Below, piece after piece: positions 1 through 9,173 of a stretch of 64,000 nt of DNA (position 1 is its first letter; each line of letters starts with the position of its first letter). Made by a program: the position numbers and the translations under genes. Origin of the DNA: Candidatus Peregrinibacteria bacterium (GTDB lineage: Bacteria > Patescibacteriota > Gracilibacteria > UBA1369); assembly GCA_963708185.1 (NCBI GenBank), contig OY970195.1, positions 1,120,001 through 1,184,000 of the forward strand. Reading direction: 5' to 3'. The notes beneath the pieces were generated by a model. It made no database searches. It saw only the letters and a program-made list of their open reading frames with translations, and was not told the DNA's origin.

Positions 1-275
1 TAGATGAAAAACGAAATGATGATCGACCAGACGATAATATCGTACGTCAACTGTCCGTTGGTGCAGGTCATGTTGTTGGATATTACCGTCAGTCCGCTGT
101 AGGGATGCTGGGTATCCGAGTTGAGGTTGATGGTCCCGCCGATACAGGCAACATACCCTCCGGGCAGCATAATGGCAGGAATAAAAGCCGAGCCCGCGGT
201 CACGAGCATGAAGCAGATGAATCCCGTCAGCAGCATGTACGGGAAATCGTTGAGTTTCTGGGTCGAAAGGTCCAT
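1..275 (-). CDS. Membrane protein, partial (runs off window start)
   Basis: Hand translation from ATG at 275: MDLSTQKLNDFPYMLLTGFICFMLVTAGSAFIPAIMLPGG...YDIIVWSIIISFFI; hydrophobic segments, no stop before the window edge. Confidence 0.55.
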   Translation of the reverse strand, partial: MDLSTQKLNDFPYMLLTGFICFMLVTAGSAFIPAIMLPGGYVACIGGTINLNSDTQHPYSGLTVISNNMTCTNGQLTYDIIVWSIIISFFI

Positions 276-324
276 GTCTGGATTTTAGCCTATGCGGCCA
301 TGCGGTGACAACCGAAACCCTTCA

Positions 325-3300
325 TCAGTCGTAAAGGCCGAGCAATCGAAGGTTTTCCCCGAGTTTTTCGACGCGTTTCCCCACTTCCATCCCCGGGTCG
401 TCAAACGACTTGGTGAGGTGCTCGTTCACGACATCTTCCCTCACTTCTTCCATGGATTCCCATAAACCGATCAGATGCAGCGCCATGATGAAAGGTCGCA
501 CCTCTTCAACCGTGCGGGTTTCTTCGTAGACGGCGTCGATGGCGTCGGCCAACATGTCGGCGACGCATTTCTTGATTTCGTTCGCGAATCCGTACTGCTG
601 CATGTCTTCGACGACCATCTGCAGGAGGCCGGGATCTTCTCCTCCGCGTGCCTGTTCGAACATCATGCCGAGGCGGTCTTCAACCAGCTTCGAAAGAATG
701 TTGGGACTCAAGTCGGTGACGTTCTGATCCGCCGGGGACAATTGGTTCCGTGACTCAAGATATTTTTTGAGCTTGAGCAATGGATGAAGGTTATAGACAT
801 TCGACGTTTTCACGTCTTCGATCATCTGTCTCATTTCGGCCATTTCACGAGTTCTTTCTGCGGTTTCGTGGAGTTTTTCGAGCTCTTCCGGGGTTGCCGC
901 GACATCCGTCGGTTTGACGATTTTCAGCCTGACGGCAGTCTTGGCGAGGATGGCGATGTATGAGGTCATTGTTCCCGTTCGTGCTTCGTTCATAGCGGAA
1001 GCAAGGCCTTCCCTGCAATATTCTTTGAAATTTTCTTCATCTTCATCTTCGAGATCGAACTCTTCGTTCAACCAGCGTTTGCTGAATTCAAGGATGTCTT
1101 CAATATTGGTCTCGGAAGACGACATCAAGACCTTCAGTGCCTGTTTCCCTGCCTTGACCTGATTCAGGTAATCTTCATTGGTGCGAAGATCGGCAAAAAG
1201 TTCAGGTGACGATCCGATATCGGCATGATTCACCAGGCCGTGAGCGATAAACTCTTCAAGCTGGTCCAGGGTCGCGCTGATGTTTTCACCGTGACCGGCC
1301 TGTTCAAACATGGCTTTGGCGCGTTCTTTCATCTTGGCGAGGACATAATCGGCCATGGCAACTTTGGCAATCTGTTCTTCCGGATTACGGAAACTCAGGA
1401 ACTCAGCGCACGTTTTTTGCTGCGATGCATCAACAAGATTCCTGACTTCTGCCGCGTTGATACCGACGCCTTTTTCAATCGAAGCGACGATGTTCTGGGC
1501 GGCGGAAATTTCTTCGACCGCCGGATACTGTTCCGTGGTCAGTCTCGTGCCGAGCCATCCGGGATGGAAATCTTTTTCGGCAAGTTCCGGTTTGAGCAGA
1601 CTGACGATTTCAACGAGAACCTTGCGGAAACTTCGCTGCAGGGATTCCTGCTCGTTTTTGTATTCTTCTTCCGCCTGATTGCTGAAAACGGTCTTGAAGC
1701 GCTGGCTGTAGTTCGGTTGAAGCAGCTTCTGGCGCAGATCAAAAAGTTTTTTGTCGTAGGCGTGAACGCGTATGATCGCGCTGCGGGAAAGTTCCTGGAG
1801 ATAGGTATCCCTGGTCCAGCCGGTTTCTTCCCAGCGGACTTCGGGTTCGTTGGCAAGAGCCAAACCCGCGTTGAACAGTTCTGCGTCGTACGGGAAACCG
1901 GCGAGATGCTGGTCGCTGGTGGTGTAAATTACAAGCTCCTCATCCACTTCGCGGATCTGGTCGATAACCGCGCCCGTCATGGATGTGACTTCACGCGCAA
2001 GTTTCTCTTTTTCGAAAATAGCCTGAACCTCCTTGATCTGCTGTTCGGAGACCAGACGTTTATCTTTAAAATGGGCCAGTGATTCCTGGGCATGTTTTCT
2101 GTCTCCCTTATCGCCGTGGTCGGGATAGAGAACAAGAACTTCCATGATCTCTTTCAAGTAGGCCGCGACGTAAGGTTTGAGCGCTTCCTTGGTGAATTCG
2201 TGGTCGGGTTCAAAAGCGTAACGGTCAAGACCGATCTGGATGTCGTCGCCGTCCTTCAAAGGAGCGCGGAGCATATCGAGTTCATGAGTTTTTCCGTCTC
2301 GGGTGCCCGGGATCTGTTCGTTGATCTTGATGGCCGAGTTTTTGAGGACGCGTGGTTCAATGACAAGACGGACGTTGCTGGCGTCTTCCAATACGAAAGA
2401 ACATTCAAAGTCCTGCACTCCATATTTGGAAAGACGTTCGTTCTGGGGTGCGTGGGCTTCAAGCATGTTGACTTTGTCCTTGCCCATGGAAAGGCCCGGC
2501 GGGAAAATCAAATGCAAGATGCGTTTGCCGCTTTTATCTTTCTCGATCTTGTCGACGAGCGCAGGATATTTGTAAGGACGCGGAGTTTCCGCGGTTTCGC
2601 CGGCCCCTTCGTTAAAATGGCGTCTTTTGGCCATCTTCGCCTCGTATTCTTTGCGCTTTTCTTCGGCAACGGCTTCAGTGGCGGCCGTGACTTCCTCGAT
2701 CAGCTGGTTTGCGGCAAGCGCTGTCGCCGTCAGATCGATGCTGTCTTCGAAACCTTCGATGGTTTTATTCAATTCGATGATCTCGGATTCAAGTCTGGTG
2801 ATTGAAGGCAGATCGTATGATTTTTCCTTTAAACTTGCGGCGAATCTGGAAATTTTTCCCTGGAAAAATGCCCTGATGTCGGCATCGCTGAGGGGATGGT
2901 CGTTTCTGGCGACGAACAGTAACGTGTCACCGTTCATACCCATGGCGATGACGTCTTCGTTTTCGTCAAATTTCACCGCCTGGGAAGTCACGAAGCCGCT
3001 CGGGCGGTTCTGGAACTTCAGCGCAGCCTCTTTCCCGGCTCGTATGAAGATCTTTTTTCCTGGAAGGAACAAGAATTCCGCATTGAACTTCTGGTAAGAT
3101 TTTCCCTGCGGGAGGACGATGTCGTTCGAAGGGTCGGTTCCTATTTTTACGACGCGGTCTTTTTCTCCGAAACACGGATAGGCGCTGATAATCTGTCCGT
3201 CGGCGTCGACGCAGAGGACGGCGGGAAAAGTATGGATCATCGATTCCCTCGTTTCGATGGTGGGGTGGCTGTCGCGGGACTGAACGGTCTCACGTCCGAT

Positions 3301-4371
3301 GCCGACGACCTTGATCTCATAATCGGTATCGCCGATTTTGAGAGTGTTTTTCGCGCCTTCACGGATCTCGATCTTGAAGACCGGAAGTCCGTTTTTATAA
3401 TCAAAAATATCTTTATCTCCGGTACGGTAGAGAACGACCTTGCCGTCTTCAATCTGGATGGAAGCGACCGGGCTCGTCGGCTGGCCGTGTTCGGTCTGTT
3501 CATCGTAGATAAGGAGGGGTTTCCCGGGCGTGACGACGGGAGACTGTTGTCCGCCGTCCTTCATGGTCGTTATTTCATGCACCTGTTGATCCGGCCCTTG
3601 TCCGATAAAGGTTACCGCCAACTGTACCGACGTGATTCTTACTTTCTCCGGCTGCGCCGGTTTTTCTTTTGAAGGTTCATGTGAGGTTTCGGCCGGAGCT
3701 TCAGCGGTGGCGCTGCGTTCCGTCGCGGGGGGTACCGGGGTCGGTTTCTTTTTCCCTTCGTTCCAAAGTTCAGTAAATTCGCCTTTTGCTTCAGTTTCTT
3801 TGACGACGATTTCACGTTTCGTTTCCGGGTTCAGAAAATCTTTTCCCACGGTGATAACCAACCCGCGGGCTTCGCTGGAAATAGCGGTACTCATGAGCTT
3901 CTGTACGGCTTTATCCTTGTCTTCACCGAATACTTTTTCGTCGATGAGAGTACGGACGGCGGTTTTCGGTTCGAGATTTTTCTGAAATTTGTTGAATTGA
4001 AGACCGAAATAAAGCCATGATTGCAGTCCGGTCAGAAGGTGCTCTTCCGTCAATGAAATTTCATCTTCGCTGATTTTTCCGGCAAGAACCCTGTTGAGGA
4101 GGATTTCGGTCAATTGTGCAAATTTCTGACCCGCACCGGCACAGGATTTGATTTTTTCGACAATCTGGGCGGCATCAAGATCGCCGCCCGGGATGGAGGC
4201 ATTCGATCCGATGTTGCCGATGGCCTTTGTCCAAAGCAGCAGTTTCTTTACTATGGGCTGCTGGAACATTTCCGGAGTCATGTCCTTTAAAGGAAATCCT
4301 TCCTGGAGTGCCGCTCGTTGTTCGAGTTCTTTCAGGGTAAAGACCGACGTCACCTGTTCGGAAGAGTCCAT
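325..4371 (-). CDS. Large orphan protein with two degenerate FHA-like domains and an acidic helical C-terminal half; true start probably 4516 across a 1-nt frameshift
   Basis: 1348-aa ORF; VKIGTDPSNDIVLP and LKDGDDIQIG segments resemble FHA ends; upstream out-of-frame ORF at 4516 lies just behind a promoter. Confidence 0.7.
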   Translation of the reverse strand: MDSSEQVTSVFTLKELEQRAALQEGFPLKDMTPEMFQQPIVKKLLLWTKAIGNIGSNASIPGGDLDAAQIVEKIKSCAGAGQKFAQLTEILLNRVLAGKISEDEISLTEEHLLTGLQSWLYFGLQFNKFQKNLEPKTAVRTLIDEKVFGEDKDKAVQKLMSTAISSEARGLVITVGKDFLNPETKREIVVKETEAKGEFTELWNEGKKKPTPVPPATERSATAEAPAETSHEPSKEKPAQPEKVRITSVQLAVTFIGQGPDQQVHEITTMKDGGQQSPVVTPGKPLLIYDEQTEHGQPTSPVASIQIEDGKVVLYRTGDKDIFDYKNGLPVFKIEIREGAKNTLKIGDTDYEIKVVGIGRETVQSRDSHPTIETRESMIHTFPAVLCVDADGQIISAYPCFGEKDRVVKIGTDPSNDIVLPQGKSYQKFNAEFLFLPGKKIFIRAGKEAALKFQNRPSGFVTSQAVKFDENEDVIAMGMNGDTLLFVARNDHPLSDADIRAFFQGKISRFAASLKEKSYDLPSITRLESEIIELNKTIEGFEDSIDLTATALAANQLIEEVTAATEAVAEEKRKEYEAKMAKRRHFNEGAGETAETPRPYKYPALVDKIEKDKSGKRILHLIFPPGLSMGKDKVNMLEAHAPQNERLSKYGVQDFECSFVLEDASNVRLVIEPRVLKNSAIKINEQIPGTRDGKTHELDMLRAPLKDGDDIQIGLDRYAFEPDHEFTKEALKPYVAAYLKEIMEVLVLYPDHGDKGDRKHAQESLAHFKDKRLVSEQQIKEVQAIFEKEKLAREVTSMTGAVIDQIREVDEELVIYTTSDQHLAGFPYDAELFNAGLALANEPEVRWEETGWTRDTYLQELSRSAIIRVHAYDKKLFDLRQKLLQPNYSQRFKTVFSNQAEEEYKNEQESLQRSFRKVLVEIVSLLKPELAEKDFHPGWLGTRLTTEQYPAVEEISAAQNIVASIEKGVGINAAEVRNLVDASQQKTCAEFLSFRNPEEQIAKVAMADYVLAKMKERAKAMFEQAGHGENISATLDQLEEFIAHGLVNHADIGSSPELFADLRTNEDYLNQVKAGKQALKVLMSSSETNIEDILEFSKRWLNEEFDLEDEDEENFKEYCREGLASAMNEARTGTMTSYIAILAKTAVRLKIVKPTDVAATPEELEKLHETAERTREMAEMRQMIEDVKTSNVYNLHPLLKLKKYLESRNQLSPADQNVTDLSPNILSKLVEDRLGMMFEQARGGEDPGLLQMVVEDMQQYGFANEIKKCVADMLADAIDAVYEETRTVEEVRPFIMALHLIGLWESMEEVREDVVNEHLTKSFDDPGMEVGKRVEKLGENLRLLGLYD

Positions 4372-4546
4372 TCGGTCACGTGTTTGCTGGTCTTGCGGAG
4401 CCCCCTCCTATGCCTCGCTGCGTGGCGGGTTTCTTTTCATAGGTTTGACTTTGCTCGTCGGGAATATTTCCGTTGTCCGGTCCCTGATCCTTTTTATCGC
4501 CGTTTTCTGGAGCCATAATTCACCCAAGTTAAATCATTGGTTCGTT

Positions 4547-4574
4547 AGTTTACCATTAAACGTTTATTTGTCAA
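4547..4574 (-). promoter_or_regulatory. Sigma70-type promoter for the FHA-like gene
   Basis: Minus strand TTGACA-N16-TAAACT with TG extension, about 30 nt before ATG 4516. Confidence 0.6.
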
Positions 4575-4656
4575 TCTTTTTCTTGCACATTCACAAAACT
4601 GCCTTCCCGCTTGGGTAAAGGCAGCCTTCGTGAGATTATTACAGTTTGTGCAGCGG

Positions 4657-6666
4657 CTACTGCTCGATGATGATGGGCAGGACCAATGGATGGCGCTCGA
4701 TCTTCTGATGAACGAGCTTGTCCACGGTCTCTTTGATGTATTTCTTGATATCGCCGCGTTTGGTTTCCGGACCGCGTTTGTCGATGATTTTATTGTATGA
4801 AGTCCTGGCAAGTTCGCTGATTGATTTCACGAGTTCTTCCGATTCCTTCATGTAGATGAATCCGCGGGAAATAACGTCCACGTCCTTCCTGATCTTGCGT
4901 GTTTTTTCGTCAACGCTCACGACGAGGATGAGCACCCCGTTTTCAGCGAGGGTCTGGCGGTCCATCATGACCTGGGCGCCGATGTCTCCCACGCCGAGAC
5001 CGTCGACGAGGATGTATTTGGTTTCAACGGACTCGCCGGTTGCTTTGGCTTCGCCGTTTTCCACGAGAATTACTCCGCCGTTTTCCACGAGAATGGCGTT
5101 TTTTTCCGGGTAGCCGAGTGACATGGCGATCTCCTTGAGGCCGTGCCGCATGAAGTATTCACCGTGAATCGGCACGACGCTTTTGGGCCGTACCAGGTTG
5201 ATGGCGAGTTTGAGATCTTCCTGCTGGGCATGCCCGGAGGTATGCACGTCCATGATCTGGTTGTTGATGATGTGAGCTCCGAGTTTGCAGAGATTGTTCG
5301 TCACCGAGGTGATGGCACGTTCGTTTCCGGGAATCGGAGAAGAGGAGAGTACGATGGTATCTCCTTTTCTTACCTTGATGTTGGGGTGATCCTCAAGCGC
5401 GATGCGGGTAAGCGCCGATGTGGCTTCTCCCTGGCTTCCGGTCGTGAGAACGACCACTTTGTTTTCAGGCATTTTGCCCATTTTACGAATGTCCTGGAAG
5501 AGGCCGTTGGGGTATTTGAGGTAGCCGAGCTTGTTGGCGATAAAAATGTTATCGCTCAAACTGCGGCCGCTCGTGAAAACGGTGCGGCCGTATTTGTGGG
5601 CATAATTGGCGATCTGTTGGATGCGGCCGATCTGGCTTGAGAAGGATGCGATCACGACTCTTCCGTCGGTATTCTTGATGACGTTTTCCAATGAGGCGCC
5701 GACCTTTTTTTCCGAAACGGTGTAGCCCGGTTTAAGGGCGTTCGTCGAGTCCACGAAAAAAGCGGCGATGTCCTGATTGGCCAATCCGGCCAAACGGGCG
5801 AAGTCAGGCGGAGACTGGTCTCCCGAAGGCGTGAAGTCGAATTTGAAATCGCCGGTATGGGCGATATTGCCCGCCGGAGTCTTGACCACGATACCCACGG
5901 CGTCGGGGATGCTGTGATTGACGTGAAAGAAGCTCACGTTGAACTGTCCGACCTGGATAACGTCGTTCCTGGTGATGGTACGCAGGCTGGACTGCTTGAG
6001 CTGGCCGAACTCTTCGAGGCGTTTTTCGATGAGGCCGTTGGTGAGTTTCGTCCCATAAATGGGAGGAAACTTGAGTTTCGGCAGCACGTAGGGCAATCCG
6101 CCGATGTGGTCGAGATGGCCGTGCGTAATGAAGATTCCCTTCACGCGGTCGATCTTGTCATCGAGATAACTGAGATCGGGGATGACGTAATCCACTCCGA
6201 GCATGTCCTCTTCCGGGAACTGGAACCCGAGGTCGATAATAATGATGTCCCGGTCGTATTCGAGAATCATGCAGTTTTTACCCACTTCATCGAGGCCGCC
6301 CACCGGAATGATGCGCAGCTTTCCTCGATAGTTGCCGTGGCGCTGGGCAAAAGGAGCCGGGGAGGCGTGTTTCCCGGCGGCCGGCGTCCCACCGAAAAGT
6401 CCGAAGAATTTCTTCTTCGGCTGTATGGGATGCCCGCCCTTGTGCGGCGGCTTACGGCCGTGTGGCGGCCGATGTTTTGGATGTTTTTGACCCGGGTGCG
6501 CGGAATGCGCGGCGGCGGGTTTGTGATGATGCTCAGGTTTATGTTCTTTCTTGTGCTCTTGAGCGGGAGCGGGATGCGCTTTATGCGTATCCATATGGAG
6601 ATTCTGCTCGATCCATTGATCCAGCTTGTCCCCACCAGGGGTTTGCCCTTGTTGTTCGTCGTTCAT
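4657..6666 (-). CDS. rnj: Ribonuclease J with His/Pro/Lys-rich N-terminal extension
   Basis: GGLDEVGKN, THGHLDHIGG, HTGDFK, HTSGH and PIHGE metallo-beta-lactamase/beta-CASP motifs. Confidence 0.95.
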   Translation of the reverse strand: MNDEQQGQTPGGDKLDQWIEQNLHMDTHKAHPAPAQEHKKEHKPEHHHKPAAAHSAHPGQKHPKHRPPHGRKPPHKGGHPIQPKKKFFGLFGGTPAAGKHASPAPFAQRHGNYRGKLRIIPVGGLDEVGKNCMILEYDRDIIIIDLGFQFPEEDMLGVDYVIPDLSYLDDKIDRVKGIFITHGHLDHIGGLPYVLPKLKFPPIYGTKLTNGLIEKRLEEFGQLKQSSLRTITRNDVIQVGQFNVSFFHVNHSIPDAVGIVVKTPAGNIAHTGDFKFDFTPSGDQSPPDFARLAGLANQDIAAFFVDSTNALKPGYTVSEKKVGASLENVIKNTDGRVVIASFSSQIGRIQQIANYAHKYGRTVFTSGRSLSDNIFIANKLGYLKYPNGLFQDIRKMGKMPENKVVVLTTGSQGEATSALTRIALEDHPNIKVRKGDTIVLSSSPIPGNERAITSVTNNLCKLGAHIINNQIMDVHTSGHAQQEDLKLAINLVRPKSVVPIHGEYFMRHGLKEIAMSLGYPEKNAILVENGGVILVENGEAKATGESVETKYILVDGLGVGDIGAQVMMDRQTLAENGVLILVVSVDEKTRKIRKDVDVISRGFIYMKESEELVKSISELARTSYNKIIDKRGPETKRGDIKKYIKETVDKLVHQKIERHPLVLPIIIEQ

Positions 6667-6847
6667 TTAACGAAATTTTTTATGGAATATTGTTTATTAT
6701 TCACTCGCAGGACGCCACCTTGCGAATGTTTAATGATCAGATCAGTATAGCACACTTTCACTATCTTTAGAAGTCTGGCTCCTCTTTGACTCTTTGCAAT
6801 TCATTGGCCCGGAGTATATCATTTCCTGGCTTTCACAGCAAAAGATT

Positions 6848-8308
6848 ATGGATAAAAAAGCGAAAATCGGGGTTTTGGGAGCGGGAGTCGAAGGGCTTGA
6901 AACCGTGAAATACCTGGTCAGACACGGGTACGAAAACGTCACGCTGTTCGACCGCAATGAAAACCTGGACGTTGATCTGTCCGCGGATTTTTTCCGACCC
7001 CTGGCGGAACTTGAAAGTACGCCCGATCCTGGAAAGCCGCTTGTGCAAAAAGTTTTCGGAACGGACTATCTTCAACGTGCCGAAGGTTGCGAGATTGTTT
7101 TCCGCAGTCCGGGTATTCCATTGAAAAACCTTGACGGGTTGCGTGTGAAAGGTGTTGTTGTGACGAGCTCGACACGGTATTTTTTCGAACAGTGTCCGTG
7201 TCCGATCATCGGCGTGACCGGAACGAAAGGCAAAGGAACGACCTCCACGCTCATTCACCTGATGCTCAAAGAGACGGGGCGCGATGTGCACTTGGGAGGG
7301 AACATCGGCGAACCTCCGTTGAAATTTCTGGATAAACTGAAGGCCGATTCTCTGGTTGTGTTGGAACTTTCCAGTTTCCAACTCCAGGATATGGACCGCA
7401 GTCCGCACGTGGCCGTATTGCTCGGCGTGACGACCGACCATCTGGATTATCACAACGACATGGACGAATACTGGGAGGCCAAGGCCGCGATCGTGAAACA
7501 TCAGAAACCTGATGATATTGCGGTGCTGAACCACGACTACGAATCTTCCGAATACTATGAAAAGCAGACGCCGGCGAAGAAAATTTTTGTGAGCACGCAG
7601 ACGGGCGAAGGCAACGGTGTGCATCTTTCCGGGCCGATGATCGTGAACTGCGCGGGCGTGAAGTGCGAGCTGATTATGAACTCTTCCAAAGTCGCACTGA
7701 TCGGTAAACACAACTTCGAAAATATTTTACCGGCCGTGGCGGTGGCCAGGTACTACGATGTGAAGGTTCCTGAGATCCAAAAAGTTTTGACGACGTTCAA
7801 AGGGCTGCCGCACCGCCTTGAGGAGGTCGCCACGGTGAACGACGTCCGCTACTTTGACGATTCGATCTCCACGACGCCCGAAACGTCCATCGCGGCGGTG
7901 CGGGCTTTCGATCAGCCGGTGATCTTGATTGCCGGCGGAAGCGAGAAAGGAGCCGACTATACGGACTGGGGAATTGCCCTCCAGCAAGCTCCGAACTTAA
8001 AATGTGTGATTTTGTGCGGCAAAGGGCCGGGCGCGATCGCGGACCGCATGGAGAAAGCGTTGCGGAGTGCTGAAACGACCTTGAATTCGAGAGGAATCGG
8101 GGTCGGCGGCGAACATGGTGAACGCCACTACCCTCTGGAAATTGTCCATTGCGACACTTTTGAAAAAGCTGTGAAGAAGGCCCGCGAAAAGGCCGCGCCC
8201 GGGGACGTTGTCGTGCTCTCACCGGCGGCCGCGAGTTTTGACCAGTTTAAAAACTACAAAGAACGCGGTGACCGGTTCAAAGAACTCGTGAAAGGTTTTT
8301 CTGCTTAG
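6848..8308 (+). CDS. murD: UDP-N-acetylmuramoyl-L-alanine:D-glutamate ligase
   Basis: RSPGI, GVTGTKGKGTT, GGNIG, ELSSFQL, LPHRLE, LSPAAASFDQFKNYKERG; start moved to ATG 6848. Confidence 0.95.
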   Translation: MDKKAKIGVLGAGVEGLETVKYLVRHGYENVTLFDRNENLDVDLSADFFRPLAELESTPDPGKPLVQKVFGTDYLQRAEGCEIVFRSPGIPLKNLDGLRVKGVVVTSSTRYFFEQCPCPIIGVTGTKGKGTTSTLIHLMLKETGRDVHLGGNIGEPPLKFLDKLKADSLVVLELSSFQLQDMDRSPHVAVLLGVTTDHLDYHNDMDEYWEAKAAIVKHQKPDDIAVLNHDYESSEYYEKQTPAKKIFVSTQTGEGNGVHLSGPMIVNCAGVKCELIMNSSKVALIGKHNFENILPAVAVARYYDVKVPEIQKVLTTFKGLPHRLEEVATVNDVRYFDDSISTTPETSIAAVRAFDQPVILIAGGSEKGADYTDWGIALQQAPNLKCVILCGKGPGAIADRMEKALRSAETTLNSRGIGVGGEHGERHYPLEIVHCDTFEKAVKKAREKAAPGDVVVLSPAAASFDQFKNYKERGDRFKELVKGFSA

Positions 8309-8348
8309 GATAAGCGGAGTGTTGAGCTTTTTTCTTATGAAAGCCTGT

Positions 8349-8376
8349 TTGCTTGTGTGTAAAAATATGTTATAAT
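8349..8376 (+). promoter_or_regulatory. Sigma70-type promoter
   Basis: TTGCTT-N16-TATAAT with TG extension before ORF 8405. Confidence 0.55.
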
Positions 8377-8404
8377 AATCTTTCAACGTATTTTTACCTT
8401 TTTT

Positions 8405-9157
8405 ATGGCTCGAGAAAATCCCGATAACGATCTTCAGCTCTCAACGTATTTGAACTGCGATCCGAAACTGATCAAGGAACTAAAAAACGAACTTGAACCT
8501 TACGGGCTGACTCATGAACGTTTTGATTTGATCGATCTTTTGCACTCCGCGTTGGAATATAAAAAATCCGGAAAAGTTAAAAAACATCTGGAGGCGCTTG
8601 TGGATACGCTCATGAACATTCTCAAGCAAGGTGAAGTTCCAGAGGAAACACCCAAACAGCCGAACTCGATCGTCATTGAACAGCACGACGTTGCCGACCA
8701 GGTTCGCGCAGCCACCGTGGACGTGGTTGAGCTGAATTTTGAAGGGTCGGCCCTTGATACCGCCGACATGATTGAAACAATTGAAACGCTTTTGGGGAAA
8801 TACGGTCTTCAACGAGACGAGCTTTTGTTCGCCGTGTGTGGTGACAGCGAACTCGATGATCTTCTTCGTACGGGAATCGTTTCCTCAATGGAAGTGATGA
8901 AAAAAATCGCTCAAAAAGAAAAGGATATTCCTTCCGACGCAAGAAAGCTCATGGAGCTATCGCTCATCCTCAATGATTTCAACGATGAATTCAGCGAAAA
9001 AAATTTTTCCGATGCAACCTACAAATACGAAGAGCCTGTTTTGGCTTTTTTTCAGAAAGACCAGTTTGACAGTTACGGTACAAATTATTACATGAAGAAG
9101 AATCGTGCTGCCAACCCGCGCAAGACGTTGAGGCTCGTGGTGAAACTGAAATTCTAA
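8405..9157 (+). CDS. Hypothetical protein
   Basis: 250-aa ORF with its own promoter; no family recognised. Confidence 0.7.
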   Translation: MARENPDNDLQLSTYLNCDPKLIKELKNELEPYGLTHERFDLIDLLHSALEYKKSGKVKKHLEALVDTLMNILKQGEVPEETPKQPNSIVIEQHDVADQVRAATVDVVELNFEGSALDTADMIETIETLLGKYGLQRDELLFAVCGDSELDDLLRTGIVSSMEVMKKIAQKEKDIPSDARKLMELSLILNDFNDEFSEKNFSDATYKYEEPVLAFFQKDQFDSYGTNYYMKKNRAANPRKTLRLVVKLKF

Positions 9158-9173
9158 CCCCGTTCAGTGAAGA

